64,000 nt of DNA from Piedraia hortae CBS 480.64 (lineage: Eukaryota), in the NCBI GenBank assembly GCA_010093745.1, contig MU005967.1, positions 124,001 through 188,000 on the forward strand. The letters are read 5' to 3'. Positions 11,842 to 23,934 of the stretch are shown here, piece by piece. The notes beneath the pieces are model-generated. The model saw only the letters and a list, made by a program, of their open reading frames with translations. It was not told where the DNA came from and searched no databases. Position 1 is the first letter of the stretch. Every line of letters starts with the position of its first letter. Both the position numbers and the translations under genes were made by a program.

Positions 11842-13278
11842 ATGTCTTCGATAATAGAAGAAACCACCTCTCTCCTCACCTCCGTCCAATCCTCCATCCT
11901 CTCCTTCATCCAATCCGCCTCCGACCCAAACCCCAAGAGCCTAATCGACCCCCACCCCCCGGCGGAACTAGACTCTCTCCTCAACCTCAACTTCCCCGAC
12001 CACGGTCTTGGAAAACCTGGCTTTCTCGCCCTAATGTCGCACCTCCACCGCTACAGCGTCAACACCTTCCACCAAGGCTTCCTTGATAAGCTCTACTCCT
12101 CCAACAACCCGGTGGGTCTAGCCTCTGACCTCCTCCTCAGCAGCCTAAACACGAATCTGCACGTCTACCAGGTCTCGCCCGCGCTGACTGTGGTCGAGAA
12201 ACGCACCGCGCGGGCGCTAGCGGAGATGTTTGGGTTTAAGGGACAGCATGCCGGAGGGGTGAGTCAACCGGGCGGGAGCGCGGCTAATCAGATGAGTATT
12301 GTTGTGGCGAGGAATGTGCTCTTTCCGGAGACGAAAAGAAAAGGGTTAGGGGGGAGGAGGTTTGTGGTTTTCACGAGTAGACATGGACATTATAGTCTTG
12401 AGAAGGCGGCGCAGATGTTTGGATTTGGGGCTGAGGCGGTCAGGGGGGTTGAGATTGACAAGGGGGGGAGGATGAGAATTGATGTGTTGGAGAGGATGGT
12501 GATTGAGAGCAAGGAGAGCGGGGAGACGCCTTTTTATGTTAATGCGACGGCCGGGACGACGGTGTTGGGGTCATATGATCCCTTGGAGGAAATTGCGGGG
12601 GTTTGTAGGAGACATGGCCTGTGGATGCATGTTGATGCGTCGTGGGGTGGACCGGTGGTTTTTAGTGATAGAGGGAAGGAAAAGTTAAAGGGAGTTGAGC
12701 TGGCGGACTCGCTGACGATTTGTCCGCATAAGATGCTCGGCATTCCGGTTACGTGCTCGTTTTTGTTGAGTAAGGATTTGAGGGAGGTGCATCAGGGTAT
12801 GACTCTCCCGGCGGGGTACCTTTTTCATGAGATGGAGGGGGAGGAGGTTTGGGATCTAGCGGATCTTACGCCGCAGTGTGGAAGACGGGGTGATGCGCTT
12901 AAGCTTGCGCTCGCGTGGATTTATCATGGGTCTGAGGGGTTTGGGAAGGCGGTTGACCAGGCTTTTGATACGGCTGCTTACCTTGCGGAATTGGTGAAGG
13001 CGAGGGAGGGCTTTACGCTGGTTTCACCTGACCCTCCACCGTGTTTGCAGGTGTGTTTCTACTATCGCAAGCGTACGGCACAGGCGGGTTCGGGCTGGCA
13101 GGACTTGAATAGTCGGGCTACCGAGGGGATTTGTAAAGGGCTGGTGTCAAAGGGGTTTATGGTGGATTATGCACCGGGTGAAGATGGTAGGTTTTTAAGA
13201 GTGGTGGTGAATATATTGACTACAAGGGAGACGGTAGAAAGACTGGTGGATGCTGTTGCGGAATGTTGTACAGTCTAG
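11842..13278 (+). CDS. Group II PLP-dependent decarboxylase (glutamate/aspartate/cysteine-sulfinate decarboxylase-like)
   Basis: GFLDKLY, PGGSAAN, HYSLEKAA, ATAGTTVLGSYDP, HVDASWGG, PHKML (PLP lysine), QCGRRGD. Confidence 0.9.
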   Translation: MSSIIEETTSLLTSVQSSILSFIQSASDPNPKSLIDPHPPAELDSLLNLNFPDHGLGKPGFLALMSHLHRYSVNTFHQGFLDKLYSSNNPVGLASDLLLSSLNTNLHVYQVSPALTVVEKRTARALAEMFGFKGQHAGGVSQPGGSAANQMSIVVARNVLFPETKRKGLGGRRFVVFTSRHGHYSLEKAAQMFGFGAEAVRGVEIDKGGRMRIDVLERMVIESKESGETPFYVNATAGTTVLGSYDPLEEIAGVCRRHGLWMHVDASWGGPVVFSDRGKEKLKGVELADSLTICPHKMLGIPVTCSFLLSKDLREVHQGMTLPAGYLFHEMEGEEVWDLADLTPQCGRRGDALKLALAWIYHGSEGFGKAVDQAFDTAAYLAELVKAREGFTLVSPDPPPCLQVCFYYRKRTAQAGSGWQDLNSRATEGICKGLVSKGFMVDYAPGEDGRFLRVVVNILTTRETVERLVDAVAECCTV

Positions 13279-13467
13279 CCTGGATATAGCGGATATGGCA
13301 GATATCTACAGGTGCGTGGAGGCCAGATTTGTGGTGCTGCCCCGCCGTCCAGGTTCGATGGTGGTCGACCCCACCTAACCCCACCACCCCACCTTATCAC
13401 GCTCGTCATCCGACGTCACTCAAACGTCAATCCACCAACAGACTCTTGGCTCTCCAACATCAGCAAG

Positions 13468-14514
13468 ATGTCTCGTGTCCTTCTCACTGGCGGTAGTGGC
13501 TTCATCGCTGCACATATACTGGAGTGCCTTCTCCAGCGTGGCCACCGTGTTGTGACCACTGTCCGCACCCAGCAAAAGGCGCAGAAGATTGCCGAGCGAT
13601 ACTCAAATTACGGCAAAGACAAGCTCGATTTTGCCTTTGTGGAGGATATAGCCGCTCCCAATGCCTTTGATAAAGCTGTTGTTTCTGACCCTCCATTCGA
13701 TACCGTCATCCATACAGCCTCTCCCTTTCACTATAATGTGACGGACATCAAAAAGGACCTTTTAGATCCAGCCATCAATGGTACTAAGGGGATGCTGCAA
13801 GCCATCTATTCTCATGCCCCCACTGTCAGACGCGTCGTGATTCTTTCCAGCTTTGCCGCCGTCATAAACCCCACAAAAGGCAATTGGCCCGAACACACGT
13901 ACACCGAGGCTGACTGGAACCCCGTAACACTGGAAGAGGCCATGCAGAGAGATGCCTCTACGGGCTACCGCGCAAGCAAAACCTTTGCCGAAAAGGCGGC
14001 CTGGGACTTTGTCCACGAAATGAGTCCAAGGTTCAGCGTTACGACCATCTGCCCACCAATGGTCTTTGGCCCGCCAATCCACTACATGGCTTCTCCTCTC
14101 AAGGATCTCAACACGAGCAACTGCCTTATCCGGGATATGATGCAAGGCAAACACAAAACTGAAATCCCTCAAAACGGAACCTTCATCTACGTCGATGTGC
14201 GATATCTCGCCCTCTGCATCGTCATCGCCATGGAGAGGCCCGACCTGGTCGGTAACAAGAGACTGCTCGTCATCCAAGGTTATTTCAGCAACAAGGAAAT
14301 TGCCGACATTTTGCGTTCTAGCTTCCCACAGCATAAGGATGTCCTCCCCGCCGCAGACGCAAAAGGGGGCAATTATCCGCCCGAGGGACCGTACAAGTAC
14401 GACTCTTCGAGGATGAAGCAGTTAATGGGCAATCAGGGAAGTAATCTGCTTGTCAATGGGAAGGCTATAAAGGACACGGCACAGTGGCTTGACACGGTGG
14501 GGGTTTGGCCTTAG
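13468..14514 (+). CDS. NAD(P)-dependent epimerase/ketoreductase (Gre2/aldehyde reductase II-like extended SDR)
   Basis: VLLTGGSGFIA, VIHTASP, LSSFAA, YRASK (YxxxK); ATG at 13468. Confidence 0.9.
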   Translation: MSRVLLTGGSGFIAAHILECLLQRGHRVVTTVRTQQKAQKIAERYSNYGKDKLDFAFVEDIAAPNAFDKAVVSDPPFDTVIHTASPFHYNVTDIKKDLLDPAINGTKGMLQAIYSHAPTVRRVVILSSFAAVINPTKGNWPEHTYTEADWNPVTLEEAMQRDASTGYRASKTFAEKAAWDFVHEMSPRFSVTTICPPMVFGPPIHYMASPLKDLNTSNCLIRDMMQGKHKTEIPQNGTFIYVDVRYLALCIVIAMERPDLVGNKRLLVIQGYFSNKEIADILRSSFPQHKDVLPAADAKGGNYPPEGPYKYDSSRMKQLMGNQGSNLLVNGKAIKDTAQWLDTVGVWP

Positions 14515-15655
14515 ACTTTGCTGCTGTCGTGTACGCGAGAGAACCGGCCCAAGCCGTATGATATCGTATGAAATTTTTCTATCCAAGTAGCCATCTTATT
14601 TGTTGCTGTATTCTTCTGATTTAGGTTTGCAGGGGGTGTCAAATTTTTGTCAGGACTCGTGAGATTGTAGTGCCTAGATCCAGATAGGGGTTCTGGATCG
14701 TCGTGTCTAGACATCTCGAGCACATGTCCAAATAAGCTCTGTGCGATGTTCATCTTATCTGAATCGCAGGGGAATATATTTCACAAGATCCAGATAATCT
14801 TTTCTTTGGAAAACCCGAAGGTGAGCTGAGTCAGTCATGATGATCACACAATGGAAATCGTAAGATCAAAGCAATCCATGGAGACATGATACATAAAGTT
14901 CCAATAACCTCGCCTCCTTGCAATCCTAACTCTGCCCAGCTTCATTCCCAAAATCTTCTTCCATACCTAAAAAACGAAACAGGTGTGAGTGAGGGTATGA
15001 GGAAAATGATGGGGAGTGCTTATTGTTTTTTGGATATGCGATCAGTAGTTGACGGTGCTTGATGGATTCATGCCACTTTCTGGGTAGGCTGATTCCGTCT
15101 AGTGTAAAAGTCATGAGCAGGGAGAAATTCGAGTAGATTGAAAGCTACAGTCCTTTGGCACAACCACCAAAGTAACGTCACCGGAGCGTTTAAAGTTTTC
15201 TTGAGTCTTAGCATTCACGCATCAGTGTAACCTAGAACGTCATTCCTTTTTAGCTTTCCAACGCCCATTACTTCCCTCCGCTGCCGTGTTACCCGCCATG
15301 TTCTTTCCTTTTGGCAGGAGACATGCATAAGGCACTCCTACAAATGCTTTTCTTTCCTCGGCTAGGTTTCATGTTTTCCGATGAAGTGATGTCATGTGGC
15401 AGTGCTAGACGGTGGCACTCGGTTCCTCCCGCACGGACTACACGAATATCGCATCTTGGCGCACTTAGAAAAAATAACATCATGTCGAAACTTTCCTCCT
15501 GTCTGTTGGAAACATAAACAAAGAAACTATCATGATATCTCAGAACGATTACATTAGCTGTACATATTTTGATTTGAACATATGCCACCGCATCGGGGTA
15601 TCTTCGCGCATTACCAGTTTTTCCCTTTCGCACGCCTCATCAATGTTGTCTCTCC

Positions 15656-17920
15656 TTAAAAGCATATTTGCATCTCACAGCCCCCTGATTCCGCATCGGT
15701 AAAGGAAACGGTCATATCCTGCCCCTCTGCCATCTCTTTCACACAATCCTCGTCGAAGAGGATGGGTAACCCGTTTGCACTCGTGCGCACGACCCTTTGC
15801 ACCTTTGCTGCATCGTAATCGCACTTGTCCGTGACTGCGCGGATGAATTCCCCCAGATTACGTTGGTGCAGGTAGACTGCACGATAGTAGTGCCCGCTTG
15901 TCTGCGGTCGCACATATATACATGCTGCTGCTTTATCTGGCCGCTCGGGCGCACGGTAGGAAGTATCGATGCCGACTGCTTCTATACAACCGGTGACTCT
16001 TCCGCTGTGCGGAGAGTGTGTCTGGACTTTGATGACAGTCTGCTCCGGCGGACTGGCAAGTTGTTGCGGCGCAGCAGCTGGGGCAGTCGAGCCGCGGCGT
16101 CCTCGACCCATTGATGTCGGACTTGGAGTAGGCGAGACAAGAGATGACGGCGGGCCGCCTGCGCCTTCCCATGTGGATCCTTCAGGGGCTGATTCCGCAC
16201 GACCCATTGCCAACCGAACCGGAAACAAATCGGGATCATCTTGTTCTTCGCCGCGCAGATACAACACGCTTGCAGGCTTTGTGGACGTGAACATGTCTTG
16301 CAGAGCCATCAGCTTCATATGAAGATCTTCTTCGGCGCTCCCTCGGCACCCGTTGGATGTGACAGAAGTAACAGACCAAGTTCGTCGTTGCTTGGCAATC
16401 TTTCCAGGTCGCTCCTCGGGGCAAGTTTGACCATTTTTGCCCAGAGATGCTGATCCACGCTTGCGCTTGCCAAGTTCCCGTACACCAGACTCGATTTGTG
16501 CAATTTGGTGATTCAGTTTCTCTATGGTCTTCTTGACGTGCGCAATGTCATTGGACAATTTGCGCTCCGCCCCATGGTCCCGGAATAGCTTCACCTTGCC
16601 ATAGCAGACTTCTTGTGTACCCGGCTCGCCGAGCCTCTCAGTCTTGGCGCATAATCGTACCGGAATGCCTTTCACACCTTTGGAGTGGCTAAAATCAGTC
16701 GATAGGAAATTGAAGCGCACAGGAATCCATGACTCGGCCACACCGGCCGAAGCGCTCCACACAACGCAGAAGCCATCAAAAGATGTGCTTTCCACTTCTA
16801 TCGGCGGCCGTCCAAACTCATCGGTGCCCGAATTGGTATTATTGGCGCCGCCCTCAACGTATTCTACCGCCTGCAATCGGCCACCACGATGATGAGCCTC
16901 GTTGCTGCCCCGGCCCTCTTTCCACAATTGCCAACATGCCGCAGGTTTTTGCCTTTGCTGCTCGTCCTCAAACGACACACGCACAAATGTGCGATATTTG
17001 CCAGGCGCTCCAGATGCTTGTGTGTCGACAACATGGAGGTTGTAAGTCTGCCCCTTGTTCAGATAGGTGACAGGAATTTCGTCTGCGTGCTTGACCATTG
17101 CAGTTGGTGCGCTAAGCGTCGCGTGAAAGCGGAATCTAGAACAATCAGCATTCCATCGCCAATGTATTAATGACACTAACTTGTCGCCGCTTGGATGATA
17201 CGCTACTGGTTGCATTGCCGGTTGAGAGGATTGGTGATAATGCGCATTGGGAGAGTTGCGCATTGGCACCATGTCTATGGCCATGTTTTCTGGGGGGGAC
17301 TGGTGCATCGCGTTGTCCGGCGTTTGGTGGTCCAACGCGCCATCCATACCGTCAAAATTTTGATGCGAAAAGTGCTGGGGCGCAAAGCCTGTCTGGTGAT
17401 GCATATGAAAATTAAGATTAGAAAAAGGAGCGTGCATCTGAGCTCCGGAAGTGGGCAAAGAAAGAGGAGTATTCAACCCAGTCGCAAAGTTCGACCCGTG
17501 GAGATCACCCGCTTGACTGCGATAGTGAGTTGTGGATCCTCCTGGAGTTGGGGTGTAGTAGCCGAGGTGATTTGCAAAGATGTTAAACTGTTGGCTATTC
17601 GGGTCCATGAGAGAAGGAGTAAGACCAGACCCGGTAAACGTCCAAGGCTCAATTTCGCCTTCCTCCTTGAGTTCGCCTTCCATGGGGCTGGCTAAATATT
17701 AGCGAAGGTCTTCAAAGTTGTCAATCGTACATACCGTGGAGGCTCGTTTGGTTCGCTCTGCGAGGCTGAATCGGCGGAATTAGATGTATAAGGAGAGACG
17801 TGAGGAAATTTCTTCTGAAAATCGCATAGCATCTGATCAGTCGGACGCTGGCTGTGTCTGGGAACGTCAGGCCAAGCAGAGTAGGAGAAGAGAAAGGTCG
17901 ATTTACCGCCGGTTGAACAT
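15656..17920 (-). CDS. Grainyhead/CP2-family transcription factor; exons 17920-17907, 17857-17735, 17687-17181, 17135-15656
   Basis: CP2 domain (IPVTYLNKGQTY, RFNFLSTDFSHSKGVKGIPVRLC, KLFRDHGAERK). Three GT-AG introns of 49, 47 and 45 nt give an in-frame MFNRRHSQRPTDQML N-terminus. Confidence 0.9.
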
Positions 17921-20327
17921 GATTAGGCGTTAGGCCAGAGCATTAAGCCGCGAGCATCGTATAAATTTTTTGGAAGAAAAAAAAAATTGGAACAGGAATT
18001 AGTGGCGATGAATGCGACTCGGGGTTTCCAAGGGGTTGAACTCCAGGGTGTAGTTCGCGAAAAGGTAGAGAAAGCAACAAGGAAGAGTTGATGGGGATGA
18101 GATTAGAGACGACGCCACAGCGTGGCGCAGCTAGCAATAAAGTGAACGTGGGGGAATGATCGTGTGGCGAGTGGCCCTGCACGGAGGCTAATGAAGAGGC
18201 TAATGAGAGGCGGTGCCGACTCGCGGGGAGAATCCCGGTGGGGGAGAGTGGCTGGCTTGTGGCGGAGATGGAGCGAGCGGTGCAGTAGTGATGGTCAGAG
18301 TCGAAGTGCGGGAAACAGCGGAACTGCTGATCGCGCAAACTTGGCTGTATTGCGATCTTCTGAAGGTTTTGATACAATGGCAGAGGAACAGACGAGGACA
18401 GTTGAAAATCGCGAAAATCCACAATTAACTCTGGATGATCGCATAGTGCACGCATCGGACGAGCCAACGAAATTCAAGCATTCGAAAATTCGGGCGGTGC
18501 TGGGCCGGGGGCCAAGTGGCACGGGTGGGTTGACCGTTGCAAAGCAAAAAGGACGGATGACGGGAGCGCCTGCCGCCCGTGTCGCCCTTTGACTCGGCAC
18601 ATGAAACGGCGGCCAGACGGTTAATCCGACATCACGTGATGGCGGTGTGTGTAGCATGTGTGCATGCGGGGGACATCCTCGTGGGTGGGACGGTGACACA
18701 TGTCGTCAGTCTCACCCCGAGACAGTCGTTTTTCCCCTCCACCAGCCACAAGTCTTTCCCCGGTCAATATGTACTGTCACCGAACGGCATATTATACTCC
18801 CGGTTCCTATAAAGGCGCACGGTCTCCTGTCACCTTGTCATCGTCGCATTTTTTCTTTTACGTCTGCGCCACGCTCTGCGCACAGCTCGCATTTGAACGC
18901 GCATTCCGGGCGTTGGCCCACGTGCGCCCGTTGACTGTGACATGTGTATCTGATTCGCTCATCGCTTGCACGTCGAAATGCTCGTCGTGAACGTTTCATC
19001 TGCGCCGCACTGGCCGACTTGCCACATCATGCCCGTGCCCATCCTCACCCGTTCCCCACCTCGGCTCATTCCGACGTCGTCCTCCGTTGTTTGACATGCA
19101 GGGCAATAACGCTAACACACAGACCGCATCAATGCCCAAGGCCGCGTCAGCGCGGCCATCAGTAACCTCCGCATACGTCATTTATTTCCTTTTTGGTAAT
19201 TGTCGCCCTCTAGCGCCGCTCCCAGTAAGTTCGTCATCGATGCGCCTTTCACCCAATCAAACCCATCATCCGTTCCAAGCGCATATCACAGCTACCATGC
19301 AGCAGGCCAGACAATTCCCCACTCCACCCCCACCTCACTTATTGCCCTCCAAGGATGGGCGGCACCGTTTACCGGCACATCATGACCTTTAGTGCTCGTG
19401 GCTCAATGGTCCATGCAGTGGAAGGGTCTACATGTAACGTCATGCAGTTTCTGTGGCGTACATCCGCAACGTAGGAGCGCACATTGACGTTTCGTCGCGG
19501 GAACACTTGCCAGTAGCCAACAACGTATACTTGGATCTCCTGAGCGACAATGCAGCTGGTTAACCCCAGGGCAGGTGACCTCATGTGAAGAATATGTCGA
19601 TCAACAATGGCCAGACGCTTCTTCTGATCATCTGACGTAGAGTCCACGGTCTGTTCCACGGCCTGTGCTGATAAAAATGGCTGGGATCTTGTCGCAACAA
19701 CCTATATATGCAGTGCGAGCATTGTCTCTTACGTCATTCTGAGTATGGCAATTTTCTGCAAAATCAGTAACAACCGGTCATTTTCTGTGAGCTTGAGATG
19801 ACGTGCTGTCGAGTACTCAGTGTTCGCTTTATCATGTGTTGACTGCACTTGAGATGGAAGGCTTCCGCAGTGTACAACGGATCCCTTTTTATAGCGGACT
19901 GTCAGCACGCCCATTTTGATCTCCACGCACCTGTAGGCATCTGCATACAGCGCAAACTTGATAGAGAGGATGTGCCAGATTGATACTCTGTATACAGGTT
20001 CACCTGCGTATGATTCCTTGCCCTCGACTCTGCAGTTTTATGGCAGCCTTCTAAGTTCCAGATTCGAGCGCAGGCCGCTACCTTTCTCGGGGCTGTGCTG
20101 CAGATGTCGAGACCAATCGGATTTTCGAGAGATTGTTTCATTAAGGAGACAGGCGCTCGCTGCCCAGATCCGTTGTAAGTCAGTCGACAGGACAAACCAA
20201 GTGAGGGATATGTAAGCCTCTCTCGCCATCGATGCTTAATGGAGCAGTGTTTTCGATGCATAACTCACTGAATGGGTTTCATTTTCACACCAAGAAAGGC
20301 AAATTTTAGTGTTGTGTCACCCAACAC

Positions 20328-20900
20328 TCAAGCATCGTCTTCGTTGACTTTGGACCTTTCGCGACCAGCAGTGCTGGCAATATCCTCTTCTGCCGCAAGG
20401 TGCTGCACACCAACCGCGTAATCAGGGACTTTTCTTGATGCTCCTTGTGAACTATCCATGCCATCTTGCATCAAACGCTGTGCCTTTGCCCGGCGCATGT
20501 ATGTCCACCAGTAGCAAAGGTTGGGACACCTATTATGCTGATGCTGAATCTTCACACGGTAAGAGGGCCATGCAACATTTGGGGTTGTTGGTCATGCGGC
20601 TGATTTCGAGGTGCCTTGGATCTCAGATCTTTTCAATACTAGTTGTACAAAACTGTCTAGAATCAAGGCGAGCTGTCCTATATCAACACTCCCAGGCGAT
20701 TCCAGTTTGGGCACTGCACCGCAATTACAATCAATAAGTCTCTAGAATAGAAAGGCGGTGCCCAACCATGGTTTAGATATCATAGACCTCAGTCAGTCTT
20801 GCTTCTTTAAGATATCAGCCTTGCAGGGCACTTGGGTATATCGAAAATTGCCGTCCTGCAGCAGCCACAAAATTTATCGATTGGTTGGCTAGGGTCAATT
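20328..20900 (-). pseudogene. Possible decayed amino-acid permease (Mup1/LAT-like) 3' fragment
   Basis: Colinear fragments in different frames, separated by stops: INFVAAAG (~20878-20855), GWAPPFYS (~20767-20744), FSISIIGVPT, then CYWWTY and a hydrophilic tail. Confidence 0.3.
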
Positions 20901-22333
20901 GATATCGTCGTAGACACTGAAGTTTGAAATCACTAGACTTTGAACCTGCTCCTAACTTCCAACCTCGTGAAGGAAACCGCAGGTGACGTCGTTCAAGAAT
21001 GCCTGGGTTCACTTATGTTGTCCGCGTCTTTGAGTTATTTGTCTAGGAAAGTCATGTCCATCTGTGCGCATAATATCCTCACCATCCTAGGACTACTGCA
21101 TCGAAATAACGCTACAGATCAACTCCAAAGGCCGGTCCCCTGCAGATGGCACCTCTGTCATTTTACCCGCCAAATGGCCCCCTCCGCTTCACTCAAACGC
21201 CCGATTTTCCAGAGCGGCAAACGACCCCTTATTCGTTTCAAGGATCTCACCACGGGGAGTCAGCACAACATACCTGAGAATTCCGGCCTCAACTTACATT
21301 TTTTAGACAACTATGATATACTTTGCCAAGAAAACTTTCCATCACGGACATGATCGTAAAAAGTAGTGATCACAACCCCACACTCATCACAAAGTTCTCC
21401 TCGTACATGAAATGCACCATGTCCCAGCTTCATCACCAATCCAATGTGAAAACAAGCCCCCTCGCGCCCGACAGTGAGAGGAAAGTCCACTCCAAGCATT
21501 CCCCCTCCCTTCCTTTTGCCCAACGCCATTTTGTTAAAGAACACCCCATTGGTACAAAAGTACCATCTTCCTCCCTACCCGCCTCCCTTCTCCCATATCC
21601 CCGCTCAAATATTGCTCGTCTATTACTCTTTGTCAATTTCCCTGGCAGAAAGTTGGACCTTCTTCCACCACAGGGAATCCTACAGACATCTAAAAATATA
21701 GAAGCAAGTTAAGGTCCATGATCTTCTTTTTCAATAGACAGTTGGAGTCTCTTTCGCAAGGAAAAATCCTGCCCTGTCGGAGATTACACGGAAAAGTATG
21801 GCGGGAATCGCGTTCCTTCACAGTTTGCCTGCTCGCCGGATGAGTTGTTCTGGCTAGACTGTCCGTTACATTGTTCTATCCGCGGGATCATCAAATTGTT
21901 CCTCAATCTCATGGACCTGGGAACTCGCTTTCACAAACAATCAAAGGGAGGGTTGCAGCCATCAGGTATTGAACAGATTCACGGTGACGGTCAGGTTACT
22001 TGGAATTTGCCCCAGATCACAGGATCAGAATCCCGGTGGAAGTATGGATTGATAGTTGGGGTTTACACACACTTGGTAAACTGATTCACTCGATCTCCCA
22101 TCTTCATGAAGCTCAAGAACCGCTTTGCCAATGCATTAGAAATATTTTCTCTCTGGCAAGTCATATTTATATCATTCACCGCTGAACATTTTCCCAGCGT
22201 CCAAGAGAAGGGAAAAAAGCCACCACCTTTCCAGTGCCACAAAATGCCACAACCCATTGAACATTGGTACAGAATACATAGGAATACACCCCCTCCCATG
22301 AAATATACATCCCCTTTTCACAAGACATTACCT

Positions 22334-23227
22334 CTACAAACTCCTCCCAACCAACTCCGTCCGCGAACAAGACGCATGCCGTCCAGCCGCAGGGATGGTA
22401 CAAACCGACACCGTCGTGGGAGCACGTAGGTTCCCCTGCCTCGGCCTCGCCAACAAACCGCACGTATAGACGACACTATCACCATCATCCACCTCATCCA
22501 CCTCATCCGACGTCGCAGTCATGGTAACGAGATCATCCGAAGAGGTCATCCGATGGAAAAAACCAGAGGCTTTCGAGATGAAAGCATGTTTTGTTCCCTG
22601 GTCCTGTACAGGGCGGTAAGATCCTCGTTCATACTCATCCTTTAGACCTTCTTCTATAAACCGCCCCTGGCGAGGTGGCAAAGGTTTCCTAGGTCTTAGA
22701 TACGCCCTCTGCCCGTTCCAGAGTCTGTCACTTCGGCGGAGGCGGTCAATGATTCGCATTAGCTGGTCGATTTCGTCTTCATCGTTGACGACCTTGGGTT
22801 CGGGTATAACAGGGGACTCTACTACTTCGGTTTTTTCGTTGTCTTCGGGAACAAAGCTCTGCTCATCGGCAGTTGTACCAGAAAGATAATTACTGCACTC
22901 GTTACTGCATTCTTTGTACTCTAGTTTCGCCTTCAACGCTTGGATGTCGGCTTCTTTCTCTTCAAGAGTCGATTCGAGGGCTACGATTTCTCCATCTTTG
23001 TCGAAAATGGCTTGGTTCAGACGTTCAACTTGGTCACTCATGACATGATACTCTTCGAGAATGCGTAGCAGAACACCGTTGAAGTTCAGTTCTAGTGGGC
23101 GGTGGGGTGCGGTCATGAGACGGCGTTTAAGACCATCAACCAACGTCGCGGTAGAGGAGCTCCAACACGTATCATAGTCGACGGGTTCAGAAGAGGGAAG
23201 GAAGAGGTCAAGGCGGGAGAATGCCAT
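22334..23227 (-). CDS. Hypothetical coiled-coil protein
   Basis: 297-aa ORF with a heptad-rich acidic segment (VERLNQAIFDKDGEIVALESTLEEKEADIQALKAKLE). The 3' end may be spliced. Confidence 0.6.
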   Translation of the reverse strand: MAFSRLDLFLPSSEPVDYDTCWSSSTATLVDGLKRRLMTAPHRPLELNFNGVLLRILEEYHVMSDQVERLNQAIFDKDGEIVALESTLEEKEADIQALKAKLEYKECSNECSNYLSGTTADEQSFVPEDNEKTEVVESPVIPEPKVVNDEDEIDQLMRIIDRLRRSDRLWNGQRAYLRPRKPLPPRQGRFIEEGLKDEYERGSYRPVQDQGTKHAFISKASGFFHRMTSSDDLVTMTATSDEVDEVDDGDSVVYTCGLLARPRQGNLRAPTTVSVCTIPAAGRHASCSRTELVGRSL

Positions 23228-23934
23228 GATACAAGTCGACCGTTGGGCTCGCGGAATTATGGTAGTGTGCGGTCTTTGGGCTTATTTTTGGCACAAGATA
23301 TTCGACAGATGCGGAAGGAGCGAACCAGGGTGGCATGTTCACAAATCCAATTTTCGAGCCAAGTGACGAGGATGCCGCGCAGGGGTTCGAGCAAAATCAT
23401 CATTAACGTATGAATGGATGTTGCGAATACAAAACCCCAACATCGAGTCTGAAACGGCAAGTGGATGGTTCGTGGTGTCAGATTGTGGGTTGACTGATGC
23501 AGTCGACGGATCAAAGGGATTCCTGCGTAGTCAATTGCAAACGGCATTGATCACTTACATTGACCTCGTACATCATAGCGATGTTTTCGAAGAGATGTAG
23601 CCACATCTTCATGCACAGCCGTATATCGAATTTAGACATGGCCATGCTTGGTAATAGAGGGGCAGTCAATTTTGGCAAAGTTCTATCCTTCAGTCCAACG
23701 CTCGCATGGAATAGGCGAGGGGCTGTACACACTGTTGCCGTTTCACGGTCCACACAAAATGACAGATGAACCAAGAAGGGAGAAAGGGAAGAAGATTTCA
23801 TGACCGTTACAGCACGCTCGAAAAGCAGGCTTGGGGTGATCGCATTTATAACGTACGCGGGATGCAGGCCAGAAAGGTAAAGGCTCGCGACGCCTCCCTA
23901 GACTTGAATCGTACCTTGTCCACAACCGCCATGC

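Noticed and set aside
14560..14660. AATTTTTG as the Sm site of a spliceosomal snRNA
   Set aside because: No U1 (ATACTTACC), U2 (GTGTAGTA), U4 or U5 (GCCTTTTAC) signature is present upstream.
19551..19640. Short frame QVTSCEEYVDQQWP resembling a motif of some fungal accessory proteins
   Set aside because: It is too short, ends in a stop and has no supporting colinear motifs.
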